From: Patescibacteria group bacterium
Lineage (GTDB): Bacteria; Patescibacteriota; UBA1384; XYA2-FULL-43-10; 1-14-0-10-43-13
Assembly (NCBI GenBank): GCA_041671645.1
Contig: JBAZBD010000001.1
Coordinates: 607,234 to 671,233 of the forward strand
Length of the DNA: 64,000 nt
Direction of reading: 5' to 3'
The stretch's first letter is position 1; each line of letters starts with the position of its first letter. A program made the position numbers and the translations under genes. Positions 35,521 to 47,296 of this stretch are shown one piece after another. The notes under the pieces were generated by a model. The model made no database searches and was not told where the DNA came from. It saw only the letters and a program-made list of their open reading frames with translations.

Positions 35521-36069
35521 ATGCCCGGATTGCCTGAATATCTCAAACAGATCAGCACCCCTTTCGCGGAGCATCCGCTCACGAATTTCCTGATTGACCA
35601 GATCGAAATGGCCAATTTGACCAATTTTCCTGGCAAGCACAATTTACTTGCCACTTTCGAAGAGTATGTCCTCGCGAGAGGCTATAATGTTTACCTTGAA
35701 AATTTGGCGAACGACAGCCGCGGCAAAAGAAATCAGCCCAAATGCGTTCAGTACGCCTCGCTGATTCTGACCGCCCTTTTCACCGAGAAGGCAGTCGTAC
35801 TCAATTCGTTTTATCAGGGCAATTCAAGCCTGGACGCGCTTATAGACTTTTACGATGAAAATCGTGAAAATGATCAGCTCAAAGACCTAACCTGGCTATG
35901 TCTTGCCGGACTTGCACACGCAGGCGTCGACCTGTCCCAATGCTATGGCATAGCAAATTGGCAAACGGAGGGTCTGATCGAATCACCGCTCCAGTGGATT
36001 ATCGCCGGAACATATTCCATCCGTCTGGAGGCTAATAAGCAACCAAAACCCGAGGATTCTTCGCAGTAG
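35521..36069 (+). CDS. Hypothetical protein, tandem paralog 2
   Basis: Start at MPGLPEYLKQ, with AAGGAGG upstream. 182 aa. It is a paralog of 34863..35417 and is followed by a similar terminator hairpin. Confidence 0.6.
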   Translation: MPGLPEYLKQISTPFAEHPLTNFLIDQIEMANLTNFPGKHNLLATFEEYVLARGYNVYLENLANDSRGKRNQPKCVQYASLILTALFTEKAVVLNSFYQGNSSLDALIDFYDENRENDQLKDLTWLCLAGLAHAGVDLSQCYGIANWQTEGLIESPLQWIIAGTYSIRLEANKQPKPEDSSQ

Positions 36070-36090
36070 CAGGAATCCTTTTTTAATACC

Positions 36091-36116
36091 AAAAAACGGC
36101 CGAAGCCGTTTTTTGT
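36091..36116. terminator. Bidirectional Rho-independent terminator AAAAAACGGC-cgaa-GCCGTTTTTTG
   Basis: Perfect 8-bp stem with a GNRA-like loop, flanked by an A-run and a T-run. Confidence 0.75.
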
Positions 36117-36205
36117 CTGAAATAGTTGTCTGAGGCCAAAGAAATCAAAATCTTTAATTGCTTTGGTCCCAGTCGATGCTTTGTGCGATCGACCGGATAG
36201 TTTCC

Positions 36206-36850
36206 CTACTCAGGCTCGCTGACCCATAGGCCGCGATTCTGAAGGGAGGTCTTGTAACTGTCGTAGGCTCTGTCAGCGGCCCCTGGAGCGGTGGTGATAT
36301 CGAATGTGTCCCAGATATCACCGGTTTGGGGTAATGCCTTGCATTCCTCGTAAAATGCAGACCTACTCCCCTCTTCGGGGAAAGTGAATTCAATGAACTC
36401 AACCATCCGTGATTTGTCCCCTTCGAACATCCAGCTGCTGAACTTGTTGGTCCAGCAATAGGCTTCGCGGTCGAAGGGTTTCAGCCGCAGGTAGGCTTCA
36501 TACGCTTGCCTTTCGGCAACGTGGCTCAGGTATACCGCCAATTCGTACTGGTCGGTATAACCGTTATACTTTCGGGCCGGATTGTGCTCGGTGTACTGCT
36601 TATCAAGCAAGGCCACCTGGCGGGTGCGCTCGCGATACTCGTCATAGACTCGTATTGCGAAAGAAATCCTTGCCCAATCGGGCGTTTGCGCAGCGATAAT
36701 TTGCTGCGACTTCTGCTGCTCGATGGCAGCTCTGGCTTGTGCTTTTTCAGCACCAACGCGTTGTCCATACTCATAGCACACGCTACCAGTGATGGCGCAA
36801 ATTACAGCCATAATGACCAACTGGCCAAAATGAATTCCTATTCCCTTCAT
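36206..36850 (-). CDS. Hypothetical membrane-anchored protein, GC-rich gene (start refined)
   Basis: Start at MKGIGIHFGQLVIMAVICAITG (AAAGGAGA lies 5 nt upstream). The track's 297-aa form would overlap rpsG. 214 aa with one N-terminal TM helix and no known domain. Confidence 0.55.
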   Translation of the reverse strand: MKGIGIHFGQLVIMAVICAITGSVCYEYGQRVGAEKAQARAAIEQQKSQQIIAAQTPDWARISFAIRVYDEYRERTRQVALLDKQYTEHNPARKYNGYTDQYELAVYLSHVAERQAYEAYLRLKPFDREAYCWTNKFSSWMFEGDKSRMVEFIEFTFPEEGSRSAFYEECKALPQTGDIWDTFDITTAPGAADRAYDSYKTSLQNRGLWVSEPE

Positions 36851-36983
36851 TACTGTCTCCTTTTTCGCATTTCGCGGGATAGATGTACTTATATTACTAC
36901 ATTTTGTCCTATTTGTCAATGGTAAATACAAAAATGGCTCCGGGTGAGCGGAGTCATTTTCTATATTCTGTGAATCTATTTGA

Positions 36984-37460
36984 TTAGAATCTGGCGAAGT
37001 GGGCGAAAGCCTTGTTGGCCTCGGCCATTCTGTGAGTATCTTCCTTCTTCTTGATCGCGTTACCTTCACCTTTGAAGGCGTTGATGATCTCAGAAGCAAG
37101 CTTCTCGTTCATAGGGCGACCCTTCTGGCTGCGAGCTGCGGCGATAACCCAGCGCATAGCGAGAGTATTTCGTCTGTCCTTGCTAACTTCCATAGGCACC
37201 TGGTAGTTTGCGCCACCGATACGTTTGGATTTGACCTCGACGATTGGACCAACATTTTTGATCGCCTGATCGAAGATTTCCATCGGATCGAGCTTGAGCT
37301 GTTCGCTAGCTTTCTCAAAAGCCATGTAGACGATTCTCTCGGCGATGGTCTTCTTGCCGTTGACCATAATGTAATTGATGAGCTTGGCGATCACCGGGCT
37401 GTTAAATTTAACATCCACACCGATCGAGCTCTTTCTGATTTTGACGTGACCTCTTGGCAT
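36984..37460 (-). CDS. rpsG: 30S ribosomal protein S7
   Basis: 158 aa. MPRGHVKIRKSSIGVDVKFNSPVIAKLINYIMVNGKK is a canonical uS7. Confidence 0.95.
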   Translation of the reverse strand: MPRGHVKIRKSSIGVDVKFNSPVIAKLINYIMVNGKKTIAERIVYMAFEKASEQLKLDPMEIFDQAIKNVGPIVEVKSKRIGGANYQVPMEVSKDRRNTLAMRWVIAAARSQKGRPMNEKLASEIINAFKGEGNAIKKKEDTHRMAEANKAFAHFARF

Positions 37461-37515
37461 AATCTATTTCCTTTCAAACAATCGATGAATAATTCTTATC
37501 TTTTCTAAATCGACT

Positions 37516-37552
37516 GCTTTACTTTTTAACTTTATACTTTATAACTTTTAAC
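37516..37552. repeat. ACTTT-rich short tandem repeat (site B), rpsL-rpsG intergenic
   Basis: CTTTACTTTTTAACTTTATACTTTATAACTTTTAACT. Confidence 0.6.
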
Positions 37553-37965
37553 TATTCTTTCCCTGCTTTGGCGCCGTACTTGCTACGAGACTGTTTGCGG
37601 CCTTTGACACCGGCCAAGTCGAGCTTGCCACGAACGATATGATATCGCATACCTGGAAGGTCTTTCACACGACCACCACGGATTACTACAACTGAGTGCT
37701 CCTGGAGATTGTGGCCTTCACCACCGATATAAGCGTTTACCTCATAACCATTGGTTAATCTGACACGGGCGAATTTACGCAAAGCTGAGTTTGGTTTCTT
37801 TGGTGTCATAGTACCAACTTTGATACAAACACCGCGTTTTTGAGGACAACCAAGCTTAACCGGCTTGTTCTGAAGAAAGTTAAAAGTATTCTTCAAAGCG
37901 GTTGTCTTTGATTTTCTAGTGGTTTTCTGTCGACCCTGTCTGACTAATTGATTGATTGTTGGCAT
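37552..37965 (-). CDS. rpsL: 30S ribosomal protein S12
   Basis: 137 aa. [14 protein letters not shown]...[16 protein letters not shown]. Confidence 0.95.
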   Translation of the reverse strand: MPTINQLVRQGRQKTTRKSKTTALKNTFNFLQNKPVKLGCPQKRGVCIKVGTMTPKKPNSALRKFARVRLTNGYEVNAYIGGEGHNLQEHSVVVIRGGRVKDLPGMRYHIVRGKLDLAGVKGRKQSRSKYGAKAGKE

Positions 37966-38010
37966 AATTCTTGTTTCTACTTATCGTTTTATTAAATTAA
38001 CATAAAAGTT

Positions 38011-41000
38011 TTATTCTGTCAAAGCCTCTACTGGCGCTTCGATAGGCTCCTCTTCGGGAGCGTCTTCTGGCAAATCGTCACGATTGACGTTGAATCCAGT
38101 TCCAGCTGGGATCAATTTACCGATAATAACGTTCTCTTTCAGGCCCTCGAGATAATCAACTTTGCCGGAAATGGCAGCGTCGATCAGAATAGAAGTTGTC
38201 TCCTGGAAAGAAGCGGCGGAGAGGAAGCTCTCGGTCTTCAAAGCAACTCGAGTAATACCCATGATCAGGTCTTCGTATTTGACCTGTTTTTCACCCTTGG
38301 CGGCATAACCCTTGTTCTTCTCGTTGACTTCATATCTAGAGACGATCTGGCCTGGCAGGTATTTCTCATTGCCCTCTAATACTTTGACTTTGCTGTTCAT
38401 CATACGGATGATGACTTCAATATGCTTGTCATTGATATCCTGGCCCTGTGTTTCGTAGATGGCCTGAACCTGTTTGATGATGTAACTCTGAGTTTTGGCT
38501 GCACCAAGTAATTTCAAACTCAAAGCGAGATCGAAGTGGCCTTCAGTCAATTGCTGACCCTTGGTAACCTGATCGCCGTTCTTCACAAGAAGTTGAGTGG
38601 TCTTGGCAGTTGTATACTCAATCGCGACTTCACCAGCTCCGGAAATCTTGGCTTTTCGACCATGAATTACGATTACGCCGGTAGCAGTTGCTCTAATTGG
38701 CTTGACTTCGGCTTTGGCGCCTTCAGCTACGACCTGATTCTTCACAACCTTGTCGCCATCGTTGACGATGAAATTGTAAGTGGCAGTAAGTGAAATATTT
38801 TCGTTCTGAATGCCCTGTCCAACAACTGTGATTCGGTAGATATCGCCATCTTTCTTGACTGATGCGACACCGGCAACCTCTGAGAGGATGGCTGGTTTCT
38901 TCGGTGTGCGAGCTTCAAAAAGCTCTTCAACACGAGGCAAACCTTGAGTAATATCTTCACCAGCTGCACCACCAGTGTGGAAGGTACGCATAGTGAGCTG
39001 AGTACCTGGCTCACCAATAGCCTGAGCGGCGATAATACCGACAGCGGTACCGATCTTGACTGGGTGACCAGTTGCAAGGTCAACACCATAACATTTCTGG
39101 CAAACACCACGTTCGGCTTCACAGGAGATCAGGGAGTAAGCATCAATTTCGGTGATTCCCTTTTCGTTTAGGGTTTTAATCTCTGGCTCAGTAAGTCTAG
39201 TTCCCTCTTTGATCCCAGCGACTGCCTTGCCCAGAACTCTACCCATAATATATTTGTCCCAATTTTCGCCGATTTCTTCGTAGAATTTCTTCTCGATTGT
39301 TCGGGTATTCTTGGTGCCACAGTCTTCGACAGTGATGACAACATCTTGAGAGACGTCGACAAGACGACGAGTAAGGTAGCCAGCTTCTGAAGTACGAAGA
39401 GCTGTATCAGCACGACCCTTTCTGGAACCGTGAGTTGATACAAAGTATTCAAAAACAGAAAGTCCTTCTTTGAAGTTTGAACGGATAGGAAGCTCGATGA
39501 TTGCACCAGTTGGGTCGGCAACCATACCTTTCATAGCGGCAACCTGGGTCATCTGTGAGATATTACCACGAGCACCTGAGCTCATGATGATATATAGGTC
39601 GTTGAGCTTTGGAAACTCAGCCATCATATCTTTTTCCATCTGAGCCTGAGCCATCATCCAAGTCTCTACGACTTTGGCATAACGCTCTTCGTCAGTAATC
39701 AAGCCACGTTGGTATTGTCTCTCGATAGTTCGGACCAATTCAGTAGAATCAGCCAAAATTTTCTCTTTTGAGACAGGAATGTGAATGTCTTCGAGAGCGA
39801 AAGTAAAGCCGGCTCTTTGGGCATATTTGAAACCGAGGTCTTTCAAGTCATCAGCGAACTGAGCGGCGCGATCAATGCCATACTGGTGATAGATCCGCTC
39901 CATCATCTTGCCAATCATTTTCTTGGTCAGGGCTTCATTGACGTAACCAAAAGTCTCAGGCAAGATTTCGTTCAAAATCAAACGTCCACAAGAAGTTTCG
40001 AGGACTTGTCCGTCAAATTTGACTTTGATCAGGGCGTTGATGTCGATGTGACCCAAATCACAGGTCGTCATAACTTCATGAGAATCTCTGAAAATCATAC
40101 CTTCGCCCTTGGCGCCTTCGATAACGGCGGTAAGATAGTTGGCACCCAAGACAATATCATATGAAAGTGAAAGTACTGGGTCTCCTGAAGCAGGTTTCAA
40201 AAGGTTTTTGGCTGAGAGCATAATCTCTCGAGCTTCCTGTTGAGCATTGTCAGAAAGTGGAAGGTGGACGGCCATCTGGTCACCATCAAAGTCAGCGTTG
40301 AAAGCTGAACAAACGAGAGGGTGGATCTGGATAGCTTTACCCTCGATAAGGATTGGTTGGAAGGCCTGAATACCAAGTCTGTGAAGAGTTGGGGCACGGT
40401 TTAGCATCACGTATTTGTTCTTGATGACGTCTTCTAGGATGTCCCAAACAAAGGACTCGCCACGCTCGATCAATCTGGTAGCATTTTTGACATTGTGAAC
40501 ATAACCATCAGAAATGAGGCGGCCGATGACAAATGGCTTGAACAGTTCGAGAGCCATGACCTTTGGCAGACCACATTGGTGAAGTTTGAGCTTTGGACCG
40601 ACGACGATTACACTTCGACCTGAATAGTCGACACGTTTACCGAGCAAGTTCTGTCGGAAACGACCCTGTTTGCCACGAAGCATGTCAGAGAGTGAGCGAA
40701 GTTTTCTTTTGCCACCTGTTGAGGAAGCGATCTTGTCTTTGCGAGCTGAGTTGTCGATCAATGCGTCAACAGCTTCCTGAAGCATACGTTTCTCGTTGCG
40801 GCAGATAACTTCTGGTGCACCTTGAGAGAGTAATCTCTTCAAGCGATTGTTGCGGTTGATGACTCGGCGATATAGATCGTTTAGGTCAGAAGCGGCAAAA
40901 CGGCCACCATCAAGTTGAACCATAGGACGAAGATCTGGTGGAATAACTGGAAGTCTGGTCAAAATAAGCCAGGCAGGATTGATGCCGGCGATTTTCATAT

Positions 41001-41799
41001 TTTGTAATACTCGAAGTCTCTTGAGCAACTTGGTACGAGTGAGACCAACCTGTTTGCGGGCTTCCTCGTTGACCAATTTCATATTGGCATCAATATCATA
41101 CTTTTTAAGCAGTTCGAGGATAGCTTCGGCACCGATACCGACTTTGACGATTTGACCATATTTCAGGTTCAATTCTCGGTATGTTTGCTCAGAAATGATT
41201 TTGCCGATAGACAAACCGTTGAGTTCTGATTTGGTATCACGATAAACCTGCTCGATTTCCATCTTGGCAATTTGCGCAGCTTCTTCAGTCGATTTGCCAG
41301 AAATGAAGTCCTTGTACTCTTTCTCAAGACTCTCAAGACTTTGCTGTTTCAACTCTTCGTTGATGTCCAAGATGACGTAACTGGCAAAGTATGAAACTTT
41401 CTCAATGTCAGCGCCAGACATGTTCAAAATGGTGGCAACGACACTTGAAGTGCCCTTGATATACCAGATGTGAGCGATAGGGACAGCCAAGTCGATATGA
41501 CCAAGTCTGACACGACGGACAGCTGATCTAGTGACTTCGACTCCACATTTATCGCAAACTACACCTTTGTAGCGGATTTTCTTGTATTTTCCGCAATAAC
41601 ATTCCCAGTCCTTGGTAGGGCCAAAAATTTTCTCGCAGAAAAGACCGTCGCGCTCTGGTTTTTGAGTTCGGTAGTTGATAGTTTCAGGCTTCAGCACCTC
41701 GCCATGTGACCATGTCAGGATGTCTTCAGGTGAAGCTACCGAGAGTCGGATAGCTTCGAAGTCAGTGACTGACACTTGATCTCTTACTTCTGTATTCAT
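38011..41799 (-). CDS. rpoC: DNA-directed RNA polymerase beta' subunit
   Basis: 1262 aa. Zinc-binding [20 protein letters not shown] and the catalytic NADFDGDQM motif are present. Confidence 0.97.
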   Translation of the reverse strand: MNTEVRDQVSVTDFEAIRLSVASPEDILTWSHGEVLKPETINYRTQKPERDGLFCEKIFGPTKDWECYCGKYKKIRYKGVVCDKCGVEVTRSAVRRVRLGHIDLAVPIAHIWYIKGTSSVVATILNMSGADIEKVSYFASYVILDINEELKQQSLESLEKEYKDFISGKSTEEAAQIAKMEIEQVYRDTKSELNGLSIGKIISEQTYRELNLKYGQIVKVGIGAEAILELLKKYDIDANMKLVNEEARKQVGLTRTKLLKRLRVLQNMKIAGINPAWLILTRLPVIPPDLRPMVQLDGGRFAASDLNDLYRRVINRNNRLKRLLSQGAPEVICRNEKRMLQEAVDALIDNSARKDKIASSTGGKRKLRSLSDMLRGKQGRFRQNLLGKRVDYSGRSVIVVGPKLKLHQCGLPKVMALELFKPFVIGRLISDGYVHNVKNATRLIERGESFVWDILEDVIKNKYVMLNRAPTLHRLGIQAFQPILIEGKAIQIHPLVCSAFNADFDGDQMAVHLPLSDNAQQEAREIMLSAKNLLKPASGDPVLSLSYDIVLGANYLTAVIEGAKGEGMIFRDSHEVMTTCDLGHIDINALIKVKFDGQVLETSCGRLILNEILPETFGYVNEALTKKMIGKMMERIYHQYGIDRAAQFADDLKDLGFKYAQRAGFTFALEDIHIPVSKEKILADSTELVRTIERQYQRGLITDEERYAKVVETWMMAQAQMEKDMMAEFPKLNDLYIIMSSGARGNISQMTQVAAMKGMVADPTGAIIELPIRSNFKEGLSVFEYFVSTHGSRKGRADTALRTSEAGYLTRRLVDVSQDVVITVEDCGTKNTRTIEKKFYEEIGENWDKYIMGRVLGKAVAGIKEGTRLTEPEIKTLNEKGITEIDAYSLISCEAERGVCQKCYGVDLATGHPVKIGTAVGIIAAQAIGEPGTQLTMRTFHTGGAAGEDITQGLPRVEELFEARTPKKPAILSEVAGVASVKKDGDIYRITVVGQGIQNENISLTATYNFIVNDGDKVVKNQVVAEGAKAEVKPIRATATGVIVIHGRKAKISGAGEVAIEYTTAKTTQLLVKNGDQVTKGQQLTEGHFDLALSLKLLGAAKTQSYIIKQVQAIYETQGQDINDKHIEVIIRMMNSKVKVLEGNEKYLPGQIVSRYEVNEKNKGYAAKGEKQVKYEDLIMGITRVALKTESFLSAASFQETTSILIDAAISGKVDYLEGLKENVIIGKLIPAGTGFNVNRDDLPEDAPEEEPIEAPVEALTE

Positions 41800-41837
41800 A
41801 TATTCCTTATATTAGATATCTTAAGTATTAAATTGGC

Positions 41838-44800
41838 CTAGGCGATTTCCTCTTCTTCTGGCGCTTCATCCTTCTCTTCGTCGAAGACGATGTCGTCCTC
41901 AGCTTGAGTCTGTTCTGAAGCAATCTCAGTCAAAGTTTCATCAAATTTCTCTTCGTCATCGAGATCATCAACGTCGTCAGTTTCGTCAATTTCATAAACT
42001 GTATTTACTGGAGCGGCGACTTCTGTTGGTTTCTCGACTGGTCTGTTCTCAAGGATTTGAGCCTCTTCTTTGGTGCTGATAAGGTCAACATCAAGACACA
42101 AGCTCTGAAGTTCCTTGACCATAACATTGAAGGCTTCTGGAATAATTGGTTTTTGAATCTTCTCGCCCTTGATAATTGATTCGTAAATTCGACTTCGTCC
42201 GACAATATCGTCTGATTTGATCGTGAGCATTTCCTGAAGTGTGTGAGCGGCACCGTAAGCTTCAAGAGCCCAAACTTCCATCTCACCAAATCTCTGACCA
42301 CCGAATTGAGCTTTGCCACCAAGTGGCTGCTGAGTAATCATAGAGTAAGGTCCAACAGAACGTGCGTGCATCTTGTCGTCAACCAAGTGATGAAGTTTCA
42401 AAATATACATGATGCCAACGGTTGATTTGTGGCAGAATGCCTCACCAGTTTCACCGTCGTAGAGCTGGACTTTACCATCTTCTGGCAAGCCCTGTTCCTT
42501 CAATCTACCCTGGATTTCTTTCCAAGTGATACCTTCGAATACTGGGGTAGCGATTTTGTAGCCACCTGAAAGTGCGGCAAGACCCAAATGAGTTTCCAGG
42601 ATCTGACCTACATTCATACGTGAGATAACACCAAGTGGGTTTAGAATTACATCGACTGGGCGACCGTCTGGCAAGTAAGGCATATCTTCTTCTGGGAGGA
42701 TGACTGAGATAACACCTTTGTTACCATGTCGACCAGCAAGCTTGTCACCAACTGAGATTTTGCGAAGCTGAGCAACTGAGATTTCAACCATTTGATATAC
42801 ACCAGATGGAAGCTCGTCGCCGTTTTCCTTCGAAAATACTTTGACGTTTACGACTTTGCCGTATTCACCATGAGGTAATCTGAGAGATGAGTCACGAACG
42901 TCTTTGGCTTTTTCGCCGAAGATTGCGCGAAGAAGTTTTTCCTCACTAGAAAGCTCGGTTTCACCTTTTGGAGAAATCTTGCCGACCAGGATGTCGCCTG
43001 ATTTGACCTCAGCGCCAACTCGGATAATACCCATTTCATCAAGGTTTGAGAGAGCTTCTTCGGAAACATTTGGGATGTCCCGAGTTAGAACCTCAGGCCC
43101 TAGCTTGGTGTCGCGAACTTCGATCGAATATTGTTCGATATGAACTGATGACAAAGTATGATCTCTGACAAGTCTGTTGGAGATGATGATAGCATCCTCG
43201 TAGTTGCAACCACCCCATGACATGAAAGAAACGAGAAGGTTTTGGCCAAGAGCAAGCTCACCGTGGTCAGTAGAAGATGAGTCTGCAATGACGTCATCAG
43301 CTTTGACTGCGTCACCAACGTTCACAACTGGGCGTTGATTGATCAATGTGCCCTGGTTCGAGCGCATGAATTTATCAAGTGAATATTCTTCTTCGACACC
43401 CTTAGCTGATTTGACACTGATAGAGCGAGAAGAAACTTTGGTAACTGTACCATCATTTTTGGCGAGAACGATCTGGCCAGAATAATGAGCAGCTGCCTTC
43501 TCTACGCCGGTACCGACAACTGGAGAGTCTGGCTGAATCAAAGGCACAGCTTGACGTTGCATGTTTGAGCCCATCATGGCACGAGCGCCATCATCATGCT
43601 CTACGAAAGGAATAAGTGAAGTGGCGATAGACACAATCTGTCTTGGGCTAATATCCATGTACTGGACTTGCGTAGCAGGAGCAGTATCTGGATGACCAAA
43701 ACGGCGGACAATGACTCTATCCTCTTTAATATAGCCTTTTTCATCGATTTCGACAGAAGCTGGGGCGATAATCGCCTTTTCTTCGGTTCCGGCATCGAGA
43801 TAAACAATATCGTCAGTAACCTTGACCTTGCCGTTTTCAACCTTGGCAATACGATATGGGGTTTCCATAAATCCGTATTCGTTGATCTTGGCATAAGTGG
43901 CCATGTAGGAAACGAGACCAATGTTTGGACCTTCTGGCGACTCGATAGGACAGATACGACCGTAGTGAGATTCATGAACATCACGAACTTCGAAGCCAGC
44001 ACGTTCTCGAGAAAGACCGCCTGGGCCAGTAGCTGAGAGAGTACGTTTGTGCTCGAGCTCTGAAAGTGGATTGGTCTGGTTCATGAACTGTGAAAGCTGA
44101 GATGAAGAGTAAAACTCTTGGAGAGCAGCAACAATTGGGCGAGAGTTTACAAGTGCGGCTGGAGTAATATCAGCAGGATCCAAAACACTCATTCTGTCTT
44201 TGATAATACGCTCAACTCTGAGCAACCCGACACGAACACGACCTTGGACTGATTCGCCAACGGCCTTGATACGACGATTCTTGAGAGCGTCTGTATCGTC
44301 TGGGAGAGCACCTGGAGTATTGTTGAGTCTGATAATTTCTTTGATCACATTGATGAAGTCATCTTTGCGCAGAACTCTGTTTTCTGGAGTATTTTTGATA
44401 TCAACTGCGAGTCTCTGATTCAATTTGTATCGTCCTACTCGGCCCAAATCATAGCGTTTTGGGTTGTAGAACATTGTTTCGATGAAAGATTTGGCTGATT
44501 CTGGAGTTGCCAAATCACCTGGTCGGATTCTCTTGTATGTTTCGACTAGGCCTTCTTCTGCATTTTTGGCTGGGTCTTTGGCCAATGTAGCGTCGATATA
44601 TCGTACCTCTTCGGCGTCATCGACATCGGCAAACAAAGCTGAGATTTCTTCGTTGGTGCCATATCCGAGCGCACGGAGGAAAGTAGTAATTGGGATTCGG
44701 CGCTTGCGATCAACTTTGACAGTGATTACGCCCTTAGCGTTTGATTCAAGCTCGAGCCAAGCGCCGCGATTTGGGATGATTTTGGCACCGAAATAGTTGC

Positions 44801-45251
44801 GGCCGTTGATCATCTCTGAGGTGAAAAGTACACCGTAGGAGCGAACAATTTGAGATACGACACAACGCTCGACACCATTGATGATGAAAGTACCGTGACC
44901 GGTCATGAGTGGAAAATCACCCAAGAATACTTCGCCCTCTTTGATTTCTTTGGTTTGCTTGTTGAGTAATGACAACTTGACACGAAGAGGAGCCTTGTAG
45001 GTCTGATTCTTCTCTCGTGCTGTTTTCTCATCAATTCTTGGCTTATCGAGATAATAGTCGCCAAATGATAGGGAGTAGAGTTCGTTGGTGAAATCTTCGA
45101 CTGGTGAAATTTCATCAAGGAGCTCGCGTAGACCCTCTTTGAAGAACCATTCGTAAGACTTGGTCTGAATCTCGATTAGATTTGGCAATTTCTCGTAAGA
45201 AGCTTCTTTTCTCGGCAAAATTCTCTCGCCTGGCTTGGTTCTTTGTGACAT
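41838..45251 (-). CDS. rpoB: DNA-directed RNA polymerase beta subunit
   Basis: 1137 aa, collinear with bacterial RpoB (rifampicin-cluster region, [15 protein letters not shown]). Confidence 0.97.
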   Translation of the reverse strand: MSQRTKPGERILPRKEASYEKLPNLIEIQTKSYEWFFKEGLRELLDEISPVEDFTNELYSLSFGDYYLDKPRIDEKTAREKNQTYKAPLRVKLSLLNKQTKEIKEGEVFLGDFPLMTGHGTFIINGVERCVVSQIVRSYGVLFTSEMINGRNYFGAKIIPNRGAWLELESNAKGVITVKVDRKRRIPITTFLRALGYGTNEEISALFADVDDAEEVRYIDATLAKDPAKNAEEGLVETYKRIRPGDLATPESAKSFIETMFYNPKRYDLGRVGRYKLNQRLAVDIKNTPENRVLRKDDFINVIKEIIRLNNTPGALPDDTDALKNRRIKAVGESVQGRVRVGLLRVERIIKDRMSVLDPADITPAALVNSRPIVAALQEFYSSSQLSQFMNQTNPLSELEHKRTLSATGPGGLSRERAGFEVRDVHESHYGRICPIESPEGPNIGLVSYMATYAKINEYGFMETPYRIAKVENGKVKVTDDIVYLDAGTEEKAIIAPASVEIDEKGYIKEDRVIVRRFGHPDTAPATQVQYMDISPRQIVSIATSLIPFVEHDDGARAMMGSNMQRQAVPLIQPDSPVVGTGVEKAAAHYSGQIVLAKNDGTVTKVSSRSISVKSAKGVEEEYSLDKFMRSNQGTLINQRPVVNVGDAVKADDVIADSSSTDHGELALGQNLLVSFMSWGGCNYEDAIIISNRLVRDHTLSSVHIEQYSIEVRDTKLGPEVLTRDIPNVSEEALSNLDEMGIIRVGAEVKSGDILVGKISPKGETELSSEEKLLRAIFGEKAKDVRDSSLRLPHGEYGKVVNVKVFSKENGDELPSGVYQMVEISVAQLRKISVGDKLAGRHGNKGVISVILPEEDMPYLPDGRPVDVILNPLGVISRMNVGQILETHLGLAALSGGYKIATPVFEGITWKEIQGRLKEQGLPEDGKVQLYDGETGEAFCHKSTVGIMYILKLHHLVDDKMHARSVGPYSMITQQPLGGKAQFGGQRFGEMEVWALEAYGAAHTLQEMLTIKSDDIVGRSRIYESIIKGEKIQKPIIPEAFNVMVKELQSLCLDVDLISTKEEAQILENRPVEKPTEVAAPVNTVYEIDETDDVDDLDDEEKFDETLTEIASEQTQAEDDIVFDEEKDEAPEEEEIA

Positions 45252-45520
45252 CGCTCTCCTTATATTGGGTTATATTTTTTTAAATTTGTATAAGACACGA
45301 AAATTTCCCCATGGGATGATGGGGCTGCACGTACTTAGCAACTGATTCTAGAGGACGAGATAGGCAACGTTATTCTTCCACCCTAAAATTATCTAGCTAA
45401 CTCAAATATTAGCACACAACAATCTGCTTGTCAACTTAAGCAGGGCAGGTTGGATCTATTGTTCTATAACAGTATATTTGAGCCATATACCCTTGTCAAT
45501 ACGCAAAGCTAGAGACGGTT

Positions 45521-46105
45521 TTACCATCTTATGCCACCTGGGGAATAAACTTTCCAAGAATGAAAATTGGCATTCGTATACGTTGATGGCAACTGGTCTA
45601 CTGGATTGTCCACAAGTGATTCTGGAGTGTCACCACAGTGCGTAGTGGAACCGCAATCTCGGGCTGTGTCAAGCAAGCTTGGCTGTGCGACCCAATTGAT
45701 CTCAGATTTCCCATCATGGCCGTAGTGCAGAAGCATCGCATAATCATTCGTGGTGGTGCCAATATAGATATAGCAGTACAAGCTTGCGCTCTTGTCGTAC
45801 TTAGGATCTTGCGGTAATGCGGGGAGATATGTAGGGATCAATCCAGGTATCATCGCTCCTGGAGTATAGGAGCCCCAGGCATCGCAGGTCGATGCATTGG
45901 CGGCAGGGCCCGTGGGGTAACTATTCTTCTCTGTATGATACATTGTTAGTGCAATCTCAATAGACTTAAGATTTGCTACTCTCGTCGCATCCCTGGCCTT
46001 CTTTTGCGCGTTGGTCAGATTCACCACCACCACCGTCGCCAAAATACCGATGATAGCGACTACCACCAACAACTCGATTAGAGTAAAACCCCTCCTCTTT
46101 TGCAT
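45521..46105 (-). CDS. Type IV pilin / pseudopilin-like protein (prepilin-type N-terminal methylation domain)
   Basis: 194 aa. [23 protein letters not shown] is a class III signal with the G-FTLIE motif. Confidence 0.85.
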   Translation of the reverse strand: MQKRRGFTLIELLVVVAIIGILATVVVVNLTNAQKKARDATRVANLKSIEIALTMYHTEKNSYPTGPAANASTCDAWGSYTPGAMIPGLIPTYLPALPQDPKYDKSASLYCYIYIGTTTNDYAMLLHYGHDGKSEINWVAQPSLLDTARDCGSTTHCGDTPESLVDNPVDQLPSTYTNANFHSWKVYSPGGIRW

Positions 46106-46174
46106 TTCCCCTCACTTATTACGTATCAACATTATATAGTATTTTGCGCCAATACAACAAGTGGGATCAAACAG

Positions 46175-47161
46175 TTAGGCTCGATTAAATTCCGAGACCT
46201 CGAGTTTGATCCGTTGTGTTAGCGCCTCCAAGCCTTCATGGGTTGCGGCAGAAATCACGATTGGAGAGATCTTCTTTTTCTTGAGCTCCCTAACGTCTTC
46301 CTTGACCTTATCTGGAGAAACGGTATCGATTTTATTCAAGACAACAATTTCTTTCTTGTTCAGCATTTCTTTGGAAAAAGCTTTGAGTTCATTTCGAATA
46401 GTTTTGTAATCAGCTGTCAAATCAAGAGAAGCGGCATCCAAGATATGTATCAAAATTTTGGTTCTCTCAACATGACGGAGAAATCTGTCCCCCAGTCCCC
46501 TACCCAAAGAAGCACCCTCGATCAAACCTGGAATGTCGGCAATGATAATTCGTGTTTCGCGGTCGATAAATGTGCCTAGGTTTGGCTCTAATGTGGTAAA
46601 TGGGTAATCAGCAATTTTGGGGTGAGCACTTGTCAGAACGGAAAGTAGAGTTGATTTGCCAGCGTTTGGAAGACCAATCACTCCAATATCAGCGATTGTC
46701 TTCCAGATAAGTTTTAGTTTCTTGCCCTCGCCTCGCATACCATCTTTGGCCCAGGCTGGAGCCTGTTTGATCGATGTTGCGAAATGCTGGTTGCCCCAGC
46801 CACCGTTGCCGCCAGAAACAATTGTGATTTTCTGATCGTCACCGATCATATCGGCAATCAATTCGTCTTTTTCGAAGATCTGAGTGCCAGCAGGAACCTT
46901 GAGTATTAGATCAACAGCATTTTTGCCATGTTTGTTTTTGCCCATCCCCTTTTCGCCATCAGGTGCGAGAAATTTCTTTTGTCTGTTGTATTCAGAGAGC
47001 CCATGGATTCCAGAATCGACTTCGATAAGGATATCGCCGCCACGACCGCCATCGCCGCCGTCAGGACCGCCTTCGGGAATAAACTTCTCACGACGAAAAG
47101 AAACGACGCCGTTGCCGCCCTTGCCTGCCTTCACATAGATTTCTACTTCGTCTATAAACAA
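46175..47161 (-). CDS. obg: GTPase Obg/CgtA (no C-terminal TGS-like extension)
   Basis: 328 aa. The glycine-rich Obg fold GGNGG...DGGDGGRGG is followed by a G domain (GLPNAGKST, DIPGLIEGA, NKID). Confidence 0.95.
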   Translation of the reverse strand: MFIDEVEIYVKAGKGGNGVVSFRREKFIPEGGPDGGDGGRGGDILIEVDSGIHGLSEYNRQKKFLAPDGEKGMGKNKHGKNAVDLILKVPAGTQIFEKDELIADMIGDDQKITIVSGGNGGWGNQHFATSIKQAPAWAKDGMRGEGKKLKLIWKTIADIGVIGLPNAGKSTLLSVLTSAHPKIADYPFTTLEPNLGTFIDRETRIIIADIPGLIEGASLGRGLGDRFLRHVERTKILIHILDAASLDLTADYKTIRNELKAFSKEMLNKKEIVVLNKIDTVSPDKVKEDVRELKKKKISPIVISAATHEGLEALTQRIKLEVSEFNRA

Positions 47162-47256
47162 TTGAGTCCTTAAGGTTAAAAGTCATAAAGTCGAAAGTGC
47201 TATTACAATAACATAAACACAGAAAAATATCTACCCGCCGAATCTGACGGCTCGAT

Positions 47257-47296
47257 GGACTTTATGGACTTTATAGACTTTATGAACTTTATGAAC
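47257..47296. repeat. 9-bp tandem repeat GGACTTTAT x ~4.4 (site C of the ACTTT family), upstream of obg
   Basis: GGACTTTAT GGACTTTAT AGACTTTAT GAACTTTAT GAACT. The related AAGTCATAAAGTCGAAAGTG lies at 47176-47199. Confidence 0.8.

Noticed and set aside
36206-37099. 297-aa form of the minus-strand ORF
   Set aside because: Its first 83 codons overlap rpsG (36984-37460) in another frame. An internal ATG at 36850 has an AAAGGAGA SD and starts with a TM helix, so the short form was adopted.
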